A stretch of DNA of 56,493 nt from a virus. Within the stretch, counting starts at the first letter, position 1; the number at the start of each line of letters is the position of its first letter. The DNA lies in IMG/VR virus record IMGVR_UViG_3300038701_003149, positions 1 through 56,493 of that record; one strand, given 5' to 3'. The notes under the pieces are model-generated. The model did not search any database. It was not told where the DNA came from and saw only the letters and a program-made list of their open reading frames with translations. The position numbers were made by a program, and so were the translations under genes. Below, piece by piece: positions 7,465 to 18,112 of this stretch.

Positions 7465-8778
7465 ATGCCTAATTCAGAAAATCCAGTCAAAATAAATTCT
7501 CTTGAAATTGAGAATGTGAAAAGAGTTCAAGCAGTTGCTTTTACACTTTCACCTGACGGACTGACTTTGATAGGTGGCAATAATGGAGAAGGAAAAACTT
7601 CTATTCTAGATAGTATAGCCTTCGCCCTGGGAGGAAACTCTAGAAAGCCATCAAATCTACAAAGACAAGGTGCAGTCAACCCGCCTAAGATTAAAATCAC
7701 CCTATCCAATGGATTAATAGTTGAGAGAAAAGGTAAAAACTCTTCTTTAACTGTTACTGATCCTCAAGGTGATAAATCAGGTCAAGCATTACTAAATTCA
7801 TTTATAAGTGAGCTTGCTTTAGATCTTCCAAAATTCATGAATTCCAATGATAAAACGAAGGCAGAAACCCTTCTCAAAATACTTGGTGTTGGTGAAAAAC
7901 TGGCAGATCTAGATCACAAAGAAGCTGAACTCTCAAATGAAAGGACTTTGGTTGGTCGTGAGCTTAAATCCAAGAAAGGTCATTATGAGGAAATGCCTTT
8001 TTATAAAGATTTACCGGAAGTTCCACTATCAGCCAATGACCTTTTAGAGAAGAATAAAGTTATTCTTCAAAAAAATGCGGAGAATAAAGGCCTTCGTGAT
8101 AAAGTTGCTGATTTAGAGGTACACGGCAAAAGATTAGCTGACCTAATTCAATGTAAAAAGGATGAAATCAAACAGCTTGAAGAGCAGCTCACAAACATAA
8201 GAGAGCAATATAAAACAGCTCAAAAATCTACTGAGAATCTTGAAGATGAAAGCACTGAAGAAATCCAAAAGCAACTAACTGATATTGAAGACATCAATAC
8301 CAAAATTCGCTGCAATTTGGAAAAGCAATCAGCTAAAGAGGATGCAGATAAAAAGCAGGCCGAATATAACGACCTTGATAAGAAGATAGAAGATATTCGC
8401 AAAGACCGAATGAATCTATTGAATGGTGCTGAATTACCACTTCCAGAATTAAATATAGAAGCAGGTAAACTCACCTATAAAGGTCAAAATTGGGACTGCA
8501 TGTCTGGAGCTGAACAGCTCATTGTTTCAACTGCCATAATCAGAAAACTTAAACCTGATTGTGGTTTTGTCTTAACTGATAAGCTAGAGCAAATGGACTC
8601 TCACACAATCCAGGAATTCAATAACTGGCTTATCAAAGAAGGTCTTCAGAATATCGGCACAACTGTCGGTGATCGTAAGGAATGCTCCATCATCATTGAA
8701 GATGGATTAATCTCAGAAGATCGCACCATCACAAAGAATTCACAGCCTCAAACTCCTAACAAATGGAACTTCAAATGA
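7465..8778 (+). CDS. SMC/SbcC/RecF-like AAA ATPase (437 aa)
   Basis: N-terminal Walker A GGNNGEGKTSILDSIAFALGG. Long central coiled coil. C-terminal signature-like region. Confidence 0.8.
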   Translation: MPNSENPVKINSLEIENVKRVQAVAFTLSPDGLTLIGGNNGEGKTSILDSIAFALGGNSRKPSNLQRQGAVNPPKIKITLSNGLIVERKGKNSSLTVTDPQGDKSGQALLNSFISELALDLPKFMNSNDKTKAETLLKILGVGEKLADLDHKEAELSNERTLVGRELKSKKGHYEEMPFYKDLPEVPLSANDLLEKNKVILQKNAENKGLRDKVADLEVHGKRLADLIQCKKDEIKQLEEQLTNIREQYKTAQKSTENLEDESTEEIQKQLTDIEDINTKIRCNLEKQSAKEDADKKQAEYNDLDKKIEDIRKDRMNLLNGAELPLPELNIEAGKLTYKGQNWDCMSGAEQLIVSTAIIRKLKPDCGFVLTDKLEQMDSHTIQEFNNWLIKEGLQNIGTTVGDRKECSIIIEDGLISEDRTITKNSQPQTPNKWNFK

Positions 8779-8981
8779 AAGCTATAGCTAAAATAACATG
8801 TGATGGGTCTGAAAGAGTTATTGAAATTTCAGCCTCACAAAAACCTGAAGACACTCACGTAAAAATAAATGTTGATTTTAACCCTCCTCTAAAGAAAGAG
8901 GAAGAAGCTAAAGAGTGTGAATCTGTAATGCACTTTTTATTCAACTGCTTCATTCGTGGAATTGAGAAGGAGGAGCAGTAA
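8775..8981 (+). CDS. Hypothetical protein (68 aa)
   Basis: ATGA overlap upstream and TAATG overlap downstream. Confidence 0.5.
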   Translation: MKAIAKITCDGSERVIEISASQKPEDTHVKINVDFNPPLKKEEEAKECESVMHFLFNCFIRGIEKEEQ

Positions 8982-10081
8982 TGAATATAAGTACTGGAAA
9001 AAGAGTTAAAGCTCAAAAAATAGTCATTTATGGTGTTGAAGGGATCGGTAAATCAGAGATGGCTTCTTGCTTCCCTGAACCAATCTTTATAGACACTGAA
9101 GGATCCACTGACCATATGGATGTTAGTAGATTAGACACCCCTACTAGCTGGCCTATGTTCATGGATCAAATCTTCTGGATATCTAACCCTGAAAACCACA
9201 ACTTCAAAACTCTAGTCATTGATACTATCGATTGGGCAGAACGTCTATGTTCTCAATTTATCTGTATGAATGGTGGTGTTAACAGCATTGGTGATTTTAG
9301 CTGGGGCAAAGGTCCTGTATATCTCGCTGATGAAATGGGAAAAATGCTCGATGTATTAACTCGAGTAATTAATAGTGGCATCAATGTTGTTGTTCTTGGC
9401 CATACACATATTCGCCCTGTTGATCTCCCTGAAGAAACAGGAAAGTTTGATAAGTATGAATTGAGACTTGAAAAGAAAGTGGCTCCACTTCCTAAGGAGT
9501 GGGCTGATGCAGTCTTCTTTTGTAACTTCAAAACACTTCTTGTCGGAGATTCAGATAAGAAAAAGAAAGCTAAGGGTGGAAGAAGAACTCTCTTTACTAC
9601 TCACCACGCTTCCTACGATGCCAAAAATAGATACCAACTTCCACAAGAAATCGATTTCGAAGGGAAGCCAGAATCTATCTATGAAAGTATCAAGGATCAC
9701 ATTCCTATCAGAAATGAAATCCAAGTTCAAACAGTTCAACAACCTGCTCAATCAACACCATCACCGGAGGTTCAAGTCAATGAGCAACCACAAGCGCAAA
9801 AATCACAAGCGCAAACAGAAACCATCCAACAAGAAGAGGTCAAGGCTACAGAAGAAGCTACACCGGCTCAAGAAACTCAAGGATCAACGGCATTCTCAGG
9901 ACCGCTATACGATCTAATGAATACTAACCAAGTAACTGAAGAGGAATTAGAAGCTCTTGCAGTTAGAAATGGTCACTTTCCTGAAGGAATGAAGCTTGGC
10001 GAGTTCCCTCAAGACTATCTCGATCACTTAGTCACTGAGTGGTCAAATGTTCACGAATCAATTAAACAAAGTAGAGGGTAA
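8981..10081 (+). CDS. Sak4-like RecA-fold ATPase (AAA_24-like) with Q/E/T-rich linker and C-terminal domain
   Basis: KIVIYGVEGIGKSEMAS Walker A. IDTEGS, VIDTID, VLGH motifs typical of the family. Confidence 0.75.
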   Translation: MNISTGKRVKAQKIVIYGVEGIGKSEMASCFPEPIFIDTEGSTDHMDVSRLDTPTSWPMFMDQIFWISNPENHNFKTLVIDTIDWAERLCSQFICMNGGVNSIGDFSWGKGPVYLADEMGKMLDVLTRVINSGINVVVLGHTHIRPVDLPEETGKFDKYELRLEKKVAPLPKEWADAVFFCNFKTLLVGDSDKKKKAKGGRRTLFTTHHASYDAKNRYQLPQEIDFEGKPESIYESIKDHIPIRNEIQVQTVQQPAQSTPSPEVQVNEQPQAQKSQAQTETIQQEEVKATEEATPAQETQGSTAFSGPLYDLMNTNQVTEEELEALAVRNGHFPEGMKLGEFPQDYLDHLVTEWSNVHESIKQSRG

Positions 10082-10083
10082 TC

Positions 10084-10833
10084 ATGAATTACGATCAATA
10101 CCAAAATCAACAGTATCAACAAGGTGCTCAGCAAACTCAATATCAAGCTCCTCCTCAAGGTTATCAGGCTCCACAGCAAAACTACCAAACTCAAGCTGGA
10201 CAGCCTCCTGTCGATGAAGATGACCTTGATATGAATGCGACAATTCAGGATGATGGAAACGATTTCGTTTTATTACCTGAAGGAGTCTATGACTTCATTG
10301 TTACTGATTTCGAGCCTGGAGAATATCAAGAAAAACCTCAAGGACCAAACATACCTGGTAAGACTCGCAAAAAGATTGTTGTCAGTATTCAGGTAGAATA
10401 TGAAGGTCAGAAACAGACCATAAAAGATTCCATCCCTCTACTAAGAAAAATGGAGTGGAAGTTCTGTCAGCTATTTAAAGCTATTGGCGATCGCAAAAAA
10501 GGTGAATCCTTGGTTATGGACTGGAATAATATCCGTGGCAAAGGTGGTAAATGCAAAATTAAAGTCGACACCTTTAAGAATAGAACAAGTGGTGAAAATA
10601 TGCAGTCAAATAAGATTGCTAAATATTTTGATCCTGCTGAGTCTACTAATCAAGCTCCGGCTGGTTATGCGGCTCCTGATCAAAATACACAAATGCAAGC
10701 TCCAACTTTCCAGAATCCAGCTCAAACACAACAACCACAGCAAACGCAACAGGCTCCGCAGGTTCAAGGTAATATTCCTCAACCTACTGGAGCTGCTAGT
10801 AGCGCAGGTTGGAATTCGGGTGGATTCAAATAA
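10084..10833 (+). CDS. DUF669-like (SSB-like accessory) protein with Q/N/Y-rich termini
   Basis: Core FVLLPEGVYDFIVTDFE... lies directly downstream of the AAA_24 gene, as in Sak4 modules. Both termini are Q-rich. Confidence 0.55.
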   Translation: MNYDQYQNQQYQQGAQQTQYQAPPQGYQAPQQNYQTQAGQPPVDEDDLDMNATIQDDGNDFVLLPEGVYDFIVTDFEPGEYQEKPQGPNIPGKTRKKIVVSIQVEYEGQKQTIKDSIPLLRKMEWKFCQLFKAIGDRKKGESLVMDWNNIRGKGGKCKIKVDTFKNRTSGENMQSNKIAKYFDPAESTNQAPAGYAAPDQNTQMQAPTFQNPAQTQQPQQTQQAPQVQGNIPQPTGAASSAGWNSGGFK

Positions 10834-11048
10834 TCAAATTTACGCACTCTTTGACTGGGTGCTGAATTTAAAGCCGGGGCATCTTCCCCCGGTTCCGTGG
10901 AAGCTCCGTAAATGTGAGACTGTTACTGGTAATGAAAAATTCCTGACTTCGCTGCAACGAGACATCATGTTAGGACCAGAAAAGAACTCGAGATTCAAGA
11001 CCGGAGCTCTCCAAGAAGACGTAATTTTACTATGGAATAATATCGGAA

Positions 11049-11423
11049 ATGGAAACTAAAACAATCAACTTACCAGATAGAGTTTATCGATCGTTTTTAC
11101 AAATGGCAGAGAACTTACTTTCTGAACTATCAATGTATAGACAGGAGATTGTTTTAGTTCCAGCTCCACAGCCAATGCATGATGGGCATATGATACGAAT
11201 GCCCACAAATCAAAATCCATACTGGTGGTCCAACCTATATAACTCACATCCATGCAAACTCGATAGGAAAAGTTTTATCGGATCTTTAAACAGAATTAAA
11301 GATCGATGTGATGATGATAGAAAGTACGACTGCTTCACAAGACAGACCATAAAAAATTTCTGCGTCCATGGAATTTATGGAGGGGATCCAGACAATACCG
11401 TCAAGGACTATTTTGAGGAATAA
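11049..11423 (+). CDS. Hypothetical protein (124 aa)
   Basis: ATG ORF preceded by ggaataatatcggaa. Confidence 0.6.
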   Translation: METKTINLPDRVYRSFLQMAENLLSELSMYRQEIVLVPAPQPMHDGHMIRMPTNQNPYWWSNLYNSHPCKLDRKSFIGSLNRIKDRCDDDRKYDCFTRQTIKNFCVHGIYGGDPDNTVKDYFEE

Positions 11424-11427
11424 CACC

Positions 11428-13068
11428 ATGCAATTAAGACCATATCAACAGCAGTCGATCGAGAATATTCAGGAAGAATGGAAACGTGTTCGTTCTACTC
11501 TTTTGGTTCTCCCGACTGGGTGTGGCAAGACGATTGTTTTCTGTAAGCTTTCTGAACTTAAAGTTAGAAACGGAGACAGAATATTAATACTTGCCCATAG
11601 AGAAGAATTATTAATGCAAGCAGCCGATAAAATGGAAAAATCGACAGGTTTGCACTGTGCGATCGAAAAAGCTGAACACACCGCTTTAGGATCATGGTTT
11701 AGAATTACTGTAGGCTCAGTACAAACCTTAAAAAATCCTAAGCGTCATGAAAGGTTTTCTCCTGACTATTACAACTACATAATCATTGATGAAGCTCATC
11801 ACGCTTTAAGCCCTACCTATATATCTGTTATTAATTATTTTTCTGGTGCTCAAATACTAGGAGTAACGGCCACTCCTGACCGCGGAGATAAGAAGAATTT
11901 AGGAAAAGTATTTCAGTCGATCGCATTCGAGTACACCTTGCCTGAAGCTATTCGTGATGGCTTCCTATCACCAATTAAGGCTTTAACACTTCCACTAGAT
12001 ATTGATCTTGGTAAACTCAGTATTAAAGCTGGAGACTTTTCTGAAAGAGAGATCGATAATGCTCTAAATCCATACTTGGAATCAATTGCTGATGAAATGA
12101 TTAATCACTGTATGGATAGAAAATCTATGGTTTTCCTCCCTTTAATCGCTACCAGTAAAAAAATGCAAATGCTCTTAAATGAGCGTGGATTCAGATGTGC
12201 TGAAGTTAACGGAAAAAGTAAAGACCGTAAAGAAATAATAAAAGACTTTGGCACTGATAAATATAATGTAATCTGCAATTCTATGCTTCTTACTGAAGGT
12301 TTTGATGAGCCAAGCGTTGACTGCATAGTTTGCCTTCGACCTACAAAGGTAAGAGCTCTTTACTCTCAAATAATTGGACGTGGAACAAGATTATCCCCTG
12401 AAACAGGCAAAACAGATTTATTAGTTCTCGATTTCCTCTGGCATACTGAAAAGCATGAATTATGTCGTCCAGCTCATTTAATCTCTCACGATAAATTCGA
12501 AGCTGAAGCCATGGTTAAAATCATGGAGAAAAATTCTAAGAGTGGAAATCCTCAAGCACTGGATCTCGAAGAAGTAGAAGATGAAGCCAAAAAAGATGCA
12601 GTAAAAGAAAGAGAAAATGCCTTAGCTAAAGAATTACGTGAGAAAGAAGGACGTAAAAAGAAGCTTGTGGATCCTGTAGCGTTTGGGTTAAGTATAGACT
12701 CTGCGGACCTTAAGAATTACGCACCAACTGAAGTCTATGAAATGGGACTTCCAAGCAAACAGCAAATGGCTTTATTAGAGCGCCATGGAATAAACCCAGA
12801 TGAAATAACCTGTTTTGGCTATGCCTCAAAAGTAATCCAAAAACTCCAGGCCAGAAATTCTGCGGGAATGAGCACTCCAAAGCAAATAAGATTCTTAAAG
12901 AAATATGGTTTTAAAAATGTTCAAAATTGGACTCAAGACCAGGCCTCAAAAATGTTCACAAGAATTAAGAAAAATCACTGGAATGTACCTACAAGCGTTG
13001 ATCCAAAAGCTTTCATTCCAGAAACACCTGATTCTAACCCAAATAAAGACTGGATGAAATCATTTTGA
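11428..13068 (+). CDS. Superfamily-2 DEAH-box helicase
   Basis: LPTGCGKT (motif I), IIIDEAHHA (motif II), GVTATP, QIIGRGTR (motif VI). Start at ATG 11428 after ggaataacacc. Confidence 0.9.
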   Translation: MQLRPYQQQSIENIQEEWKRVRSTLLVLPTGCGKTIVFCKLSELKVRNGDRILILAHREELLMQAADKMEKSTGLHCAIEKAEHTALGSWFRITVGSVQTLKNPKRHERFSPDYYNYIIIDEAHHALSPTYISVINYFSGAQILGVTATPDRGDKKNLGKVFQSIAFEYTLPEAIRDGFLSPIKALTLPLDIDLGKLSIKAGDFSEREIDNALNPYLESIADEMINHCMDRKSMVFLPLIATSKKMQMLLNERGFRCAEVNGKSKDRKEIIKDFGTDKYNVICNSMLLTEGFDEPSVDCIVCLRPTKVRALYSQIIGRGTRLSPETGKTDLLVLDFLWHTEKHELCRPAHLISHDKFEAEAMVKIMEKNSKSGNPQALDLEEVEDEAKKDAVKERENALAKELREKEGRKKKLVDPVAFGLSIDSADLKNYAPTEVYEMGLPSKQQMALLERHGINPDEITCFGYASKVIQKLQARNSAGMSTPKQIRFLKKYGFKNVQNWTQDQASKMFTRIKKNHWNVPTSVDPKAFIPETPDSNPNKDWMKSF

Positions 13069-15320
13069 CTAAACAAGAAGAAGCAATAAAACTGTTGGAT
13101 TTAATTGATCCAAGTAGCCTAGATTATGAAGAGTGGCTGAATGTCGGAATGGCCCTAGAGTCAGTTGGCCTTACTGCTCACGAGTGGGATATGTGGAGCC
13201 AGAACGACTCTAGATTTAGAAAAGGTGAATGTGATAGCAAGTGGAGAAGTTTCCGGGGAAATGACAAAGGTGTATCCATTTCAACTCTTGCTATGCTGGC
13301 TAAGAACCAAGGACATAATGTAAATTTTGGAACTGGTGAATTCATCCCTACTTACAATGGCGATGAAGATATGGATATGAACTCGGTTATTGGTGGTTCA
13401 AAAGGTGATCACCAAATTATCGATCGCAACTGGATCCGTGAAACTGAAGTGCCTCCATGCCCTGAAAAATGGAAACCAAATTCAGACTTAATCAATTTCC
13501 TATTAACATTATTTAAGCCAAATGAATATGTTGCTTATACCATGGAGTCCTTTACTCCACAGCATGATCCTGAAAAAAAACTTCCTACTAAAGGTGTTTC
13601 AAGACCTCTCGAAGACATAATAAATATTCTTAGAACTAACAATGAACAACCTATATCTAGTTATGATCCTGAAGTTGGAGCATGGATAAGAGTTAACCCT
13701 TTTGATGGCCTAGGATTCAATGATGATAATGTTACTGACTTTAGATACGTTCTTGTTGAGTCTGATGTTATTTCTATCGAAAAACAGTATACGATTTTAC
13801 GTGAATTAGAACTCCCGATCGCCACCCTTGTTCACTCTGCTGGTAAATCTCTTCATGCCTTGGTTAAAGTTGATGCTCCTACATATGAAGAATACAGAAA
13901 ACGAGTGGATTTTCTGTATGAGATTTGCAAAAGAAACTCTTTAAAAATCGATAAACAAAACCGAAATCCTTCCAGACTATCGAGAATGCCTGGTGTAACG
14001 AGAAAGGGAAAACCTCAATACCTTATAGCTACTAATATTGGTAAAGAGAATTGGAATGAATGGAAAGACTGGATTGAAGATATCAATGACAACCTTCCTG
14101 AAATGGAAGGACTTGCTGAAACATGGAATGACTTACCACCTCTCGCACCAGAATTAATTCACGATGTTTTACGTGAAGGACATAAACTATTAATTGCTGG
14201 ACCTTCCAAAGCTGGAAAATCTTGGAGTTTAATTCAACTCTGTGTAGGATTAGCTGAAGGTGGATTTTGGAATGGATTCAAATGTCAGCAATGTAAAGTC
14301 CTCTATGTAAACCTTGAGCTTGACAGAGCTTCATGCTTGAACCGTTTTAAAACCGTTTATGATGATTTTGGTATACCTAATCCCAATATACAGAATATAG
14401 ATATTTGGAATCTTCGTGGTAAGTCAGCTCCAATGGATAAGCTTGCACCAAAGCTTATTAGAAGAGCTTTAAAGAAACGATATAAAGCCATTATCATCGA
14501 CCCCATATATAAAGTTCTTACAGGTGACGAAAACTCAGCTGAGCAAATGTCACACTTCTGTAATCAGTTTGATAAAATTTGTACAGAATTACAGGCTTCA
14601 GTCATCTACTGTCACCACCACTCAAAAGGAACTCAAGGTGATAAAAAATCTGGTGATAGAGCTTCTGGATCCGGTGTATTCTTGCGAGATCCTGACGCTT
14701 ACATCGATATGCTACCCCTTGACTTAAATAAAGAAGCTAAAGAGCTAGTAGAAAATATTATAGTTTGCAGGGCAATAAGAGAGTACATGGAAACTGTTGA
14801 ATCTGGTTGGTCTGACACTTTGGTAGGTGATGAGAAAAATGTTCATTCATTCATGAGAATGGAAGCTGAAAAAACTCTTGGCAAAAATGCTGGACAACTA
14901 CCTCCAATTATAAATGAAGCTATTAAAAAATCCCATTCAATAACTGCTTGGAGAATCGAAGGTACTCTTCGAGAATTCCCAAGCTTCCAACCCTTCAACA
15001 CTTTCTTTGATTATCCAGCTCACCGTAAAGATGAATCTGGAATACTCGATGATGCTGTTGCTGAAGGTGTCCAGGCATGGAAAAGAAAAACTCCTGAACA
15101 AAGAAAAGAAGAAGCTAAAAAGAAAAAAGAAGAACAAAAAAAGTCCCAAAAGGATGAGTTAATGAACTCATTCAATTCACTAAAAGAAAGTGGAGAATTA
15201 ATAACAGTTGGGGCATTAGCTGAAGTTTTAGGAGTTTCTGAAAAAACAGTTCGCAGAAGAATTACCGAAAGCAAACAATTCATAGTTGAAAACTCAATAG
15301 TAAAGGAGAAAGGAGAATGA
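13065..15320 (+). CDS. Primase-helicase: PriCT-2 domain + primase-like core + RepA/AAA_25-type ATPase + C-terminal HTH
   Basis: LDYEEWLNVGMAL...WDMWSQ...CDSKWRSF (PriCT-2). YVLVESD / HSAGKSLHALV. Walker A IAGPSKAGKS. C-terminal LAEVLGVSEKTVRRRI. Confidence 0.8.
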   Translation: MTKQEEAIKLLDLIDPSSLDYEEWLNVGMALESVGLTAHEWDMWSQNDSRFRKGECDSKWRSFRGNDKGVSISTLAMLAKNQGHNVNFGTGEFIPTYNGDEDMDMNSVIGGSKGDHQIIDRNWIRETEVPPCPEKWKPNSDLINFLLTLFKPNEYVAYTMESFTPQHDPEKKLPTKGVSRPLEDIINILRTNNEQPISSYDPEVGAWIRVNPFDGLGFNDDNVTDFRYVLVESDVISIEKQYTILRELELPIATLVHSAGKSLHALVKVDAPTYEEYRKRVDFLYEICKRNSLKIDKQNRNPSRLSRMPGVTRKGKPQYLIATNIGKENWNEWKDWIEDINDNLPEMEGLAETWNDLPPLAPELIHDVLREGHKLLIAGPSKAGKSWSLIQLCVGLAEGGFWNGFKCQQCKVLYVNLELDRASCLNRFKTVYDDFGIPNPNIQNIDIWNLRGKSAPMDKLAPKLIRRALKKRYKAIIIDPIYKVLTGDENSAEQMSHFCNQFDKICTELQASVIYCHHHSKGTQGDKKSGDRASGSGVFLRDPDAYIDMLPLDLNKEAKELVENIIVCRAIREYMETVESGWSDTLVGDEKNVHSFMRMEAEKTLGKNAGQLPPIINEAIKKSHSITAWRIEGTLREFPSFQPFNTFFDYPAHRKDESGILDDAVAEGVQAWKRKTPEQRKEEAKKKKEEQKKSQKDELMNSFNSLKESGELITVGALAEVLGVSEKTVRRRITESKQFIVENSIVKEKGE

Positions 15321-15865
15321 TTCTAGCATTAGATCAAAGCCTCACTGCTACTGGTTATGTAGTGGCTAATTGGGGGAAAATAATTAGTCATGGAGTCATC
15401 CAGACTAAGAGTGAAAAAAAGAAAAGAAACATTGGAGCAATGGACGATGCTTGTAGACGAACCACCTACATCATTGAGAATATTGTTAATGAAATAAGAC
15501 AGCACAATGTTAGGGCTATTGTATGTGAAGAGTATGCTGGCTTCTCTCAAAGCAAATCAGCTGCTGATGCCTTGGCCACTTCAAGAACAATTGTCTGCGC
15601 AATATCCCATATACTAAATATTCCTATGTTCTTCATTCCAGTTGATGATGTGAAATTTGAAATCACAAATAATCGATCGGCAAATAAAGAGGATATGATT
15701 AAAGCAGCTTCAAGACTATTTCCAGAAGTTCTTAATAATTATGTCAGCTCCAGAACTAAAAACGGCTGGGAATTAAAGACAGAGCACCTTGCTGATGCGA
15801 TCGGGGTTTATCTCTGTGGTCGTCGACTTCAATCTATCAAATTACTTGAACAAGTTATGGCTTAA
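15317..15865 (+). CDS. RuvC-like Holliday junction resolvase
   Basis: MILALDQSLTATGYVV, CEEYAG and HLADAIGV acidic catalytic positions. Confidence 0.7.
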   Translation: MILALDQSLTATGYVVANWGKIISHGVIQTKSEKKKRNIGAMDDACRRTTYIIENIVNEIRQHNVRAIVCEEYAGFSQSKSAADALATSRTIVCAISHILNIPMFFIPVDDVKFEITNNRSANKEDMIKAASRLFPEVLNNYVSSRTKNGWELKTEHLADAIGVYLCGRRLQSIKLLEQVMA

Positions 15866-15954
15866 GATGTCACCTGAGCTGCAACTCATCTCTTTAGTCA
15901 TAATTCTAATCATTTCTTATGAATGGTTAGATAACATAACCTTAGGATAACACC

Positions 15955-17241
15955 ATGAATAACACCAAAAATAAAATTACTGCTGTTGATTTATTTTGCG
16001 GAGCTGGAGGTACTTCCAGCGGATTAGTCCAAGCATGTAAAGAAGTAGGAGTTAACCTAGAATTGACTGCAATCAACCACTGGGACAAAGCAATTGAAAC
16101 TCATAGTCAAAATCATCCCTATGCGAGACATTTACAAGAAACTATAAATAGCATTAATCCAAGGAAGCTATTTCCTAATGGATTAGACTTTCTTTGGGCC
16201 TCTCCAGAATGCACTCATCATAGCATTGCAGCTGGTGGTCGTCCTCGATGCGATCAAAGCAGAGCTGGTGCTTGGGGGGTCGTTGACTGGGTTCACGCCT
16301 TAGATCCAATTACTTTCGGAATTGAGAATGTTAGAGAGTTTATCAACTGGGGGCCTCTAGATCATAAAAAACATCCAATAAAATCAAAGAAAGGTGAAAC
16401 ATTCAAAAGCTGGATTCGAGCTATTCAGTCTATGGGATATGAAGTGAATTGGCAAATTGTTAACTGTGCCAATTATGGTGATCCAACCACAAGAATGAGA
16501 TTCTTCTTAATAGCCTCTAAAGTTGGCAAAATAGATTTCCCCGAAATTACTCATGTAAAGAAAGGTGAAATGAAATTTATTCCTGGGCAAAAAGATTGGA
16601 TCCCGGCAAAAAATATTATTGATTGGACTATTGAGGGAAAAAGTATCTTCCAAAGGAAGAAACCATTATCAAAAAATACACTGAATAGAATTTGGAAAGG
16701 CATAGAAAAATACTGTAAGGATGAGTTTAAGCCATTCCTTACTATGATGTATGGATCCTCTGACTCAGTTAGTATAGATAATCCTTTACCAACCTTAACT
16801 GCTTCAGGTGGTAATCATTATTTAGCTGAGCCTTTTCTAATTAATATTTGTCACACCAAAGTTAAACATTCAGCTATGGTGAGATCGACCAATCAACCAA
16901 TGCCAACACAAACAACTACTGAAGAGTTTTCTATTTGTGAACCTTTTATAGTTAAGTATTATGGCAACGCTTCTACAGCAGATACTAAAAATCCATTACC
17001 AACAATAACTACAAAAGACCGTTTTGGTGTAGTTCAAACTTACGGTTTCGATATTCGTTTCAGAATGCTAAAACCTCATGAATTATCTGCTGGAATGTCT
17101 TTTCCCAAAAATTACACATTTACTGGAAATCAGGCTGAAAAAGTTAAGCAAATTGGTAATGCAGTTCCAGTAGAAACTTCAAGAAAAATATGCTCAGCAA
17201 TGATCAATAAAATCAATGAATTAATGGAGGTTCCAGCATGA
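15955..17241 (+). CDS. DNA (cytosine-5) methyltransferase
   Basis: DLFCGAGG (I), SPECTHHS (PC motif IV), ENV (VI), QIGNAVPV (X). Confidence 0.95.
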   Translation: MNNTKNKITAVDLFCGAGGTSSGLVQACKEVGVNLELTAINHWDKAIETHSQNHPYARHLQETINSINPRKLFPNGLDFLWASPECTHHSIAAGGRPRCDQSRAGAWGVVDWVHALDPITFGIENVREFINWGPLDHKKHPIKSKKGETFKSWIRAIQSMGYEVNWQIVNCANYGDPTTRMRFFLIASKVGKIDFPEITHVKKGEMKFIPGQKDWIPAKNIIDWTIEGKSIFQRKKPLSKNTLNRIWKGIEKYCKDEFKPFLTMMYGSSDSVSIDNPLPTLTASGGNHYLAEPFLINICHTKVKHSAMVRSTNQPMPTQTTTEEFSICEPFIVKYYGNASTADTKNPLPTITTKDRFGVVQTYGFDIRFRMLKPHELSAGMSFPKNYTFTGNQAEKVKQIGNAVPVETSRKICSAMINKINELMEVPA

Positions 17242-17801
17242 TAGATGTTAGCTATGAAACAGTAAAAAAAGTTTCGGAATTTGCCGGGTTCAAAATTTCT
17301 CATCATTCATGTATGGAGAAAAATACATTAACTGGTCAATATGATAAGATCAAAAAACAAAAAGTTTATAAGACTGCTCCATATAAGTCTTATGAATTAT
17401 CACCATGCAACCAATATAAGCCTTGGGAAGATACCGCTGAATCAATAAATCTTATTGATACCTTAGATCCACATATTTTCACCATAAATATGAATAGAAA
17501 TAAATCTGGTGAATGGGAGTGTGAAATACAGGTAGATCAAGGATTTATAGTTTCATTCACTCATAAACTGCGTGAAACTGCAATCTACATGGCAATAGTC
17601 GAATTACTGAATCGACAAAAGAATAAAATGATTATTCATGTTACAGCATTTAAAGCTATTGGTGATTACTCCTATGCTAAGCATGGATATTGCCCTGATT
17701 GTGGAGAGCCTATAATTCCTGACCACACCAACTTCAAAGTGAATATAGATGGTGAAATTTATGATTGGCATGTTGATTGTTACAATGAGAGCCATCCATG
17801 A
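17238..17801 (+). CDS. Hypothetical protein with C-terminal Cys/His cluster (187 aa)
   Basis: CPDCGEP...HVDC. ATGA coupling to the methyltransferase gene. Confidence 0.65.
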   Translation: MIDVSYETVKKVSEFAGFKISHHSCMEKNTLTGQYDKIKKQKVYKTAPYKSYELSPCNQYKPWEDTAESINLIDTLDPHIFTINMNRNKSGEWECEIQVDQGFIVSFTHKLRETAIYMAIVELLNRQKNKMIIHVTAFKAIGDYSYAKHGYCPDCGEPIIPDHTNFKVNIDGEIYDWHVDCYNESHP

Positions 17802-18112
17802 ATTATTTTGACTTCAAAACTAACTGGAATAATAAGCTGGATTGCCAGTATTTCACCACCTTGAGATTATCTGATAAAAAGATACCTGGTGAACATATTG
17901 AGATAAAACTTAAAGGTGATCATCATTGCCTTGCTCAAGTTGTCGATCGTAAAAAAATCCTATTGAACCAAATCAACTCATTCATAGCAGGAATCGATAC
18001 TGGTTACTCTGTGGAAGAGTGCAAAACAATCTTAAAAACAATGTATAAAAATAAACGGGTAAACTGGGATACTCAGCTCATTTGCCTTTACCTCATAAGG
18101 AGAACATCATGA
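17798..18112 (+). CDS. Hypothetical protein (104 aa; possible ASCH/PUA-like fold)
   Basis: Coupled ORF. Fold suggestion is a weak impression only. Confidence 0.55.
   Translation: MNYFDFKTNWNNKLDCQYFTTLRLSDKKIPGEHIEIKLKGDHHCLAQVVDRKKILLNQINSFIAGIDTGYSVEECKTILKTMYKNKRVNWDTQLICLYLIRRTS

Noticed and set aside
9468-9917. 149-aa K/R/H-rich alternative-frame ORF, plus antisense ORFs inside the AAA_24 gene
   Set aside because: This is a frame-shifted reading of an A/G-rich coding region, has no start context, and lies entirely within a gene with clear ATPase motifs.
10484-11059. 191-aa ORF overlapping the 3' half of the DUF669-like gene in another frame
   Set aside because: The upstream 350 nt overlap a much better-supported gene. 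Only the last ~66 codons (from GTG 10859) are free, and they lack an SD. The GC hairpin ccgggg-N7-ccccgg at 10874-10892 suggests that this 215-bp gap is a structured leader or terminator rather than coding.
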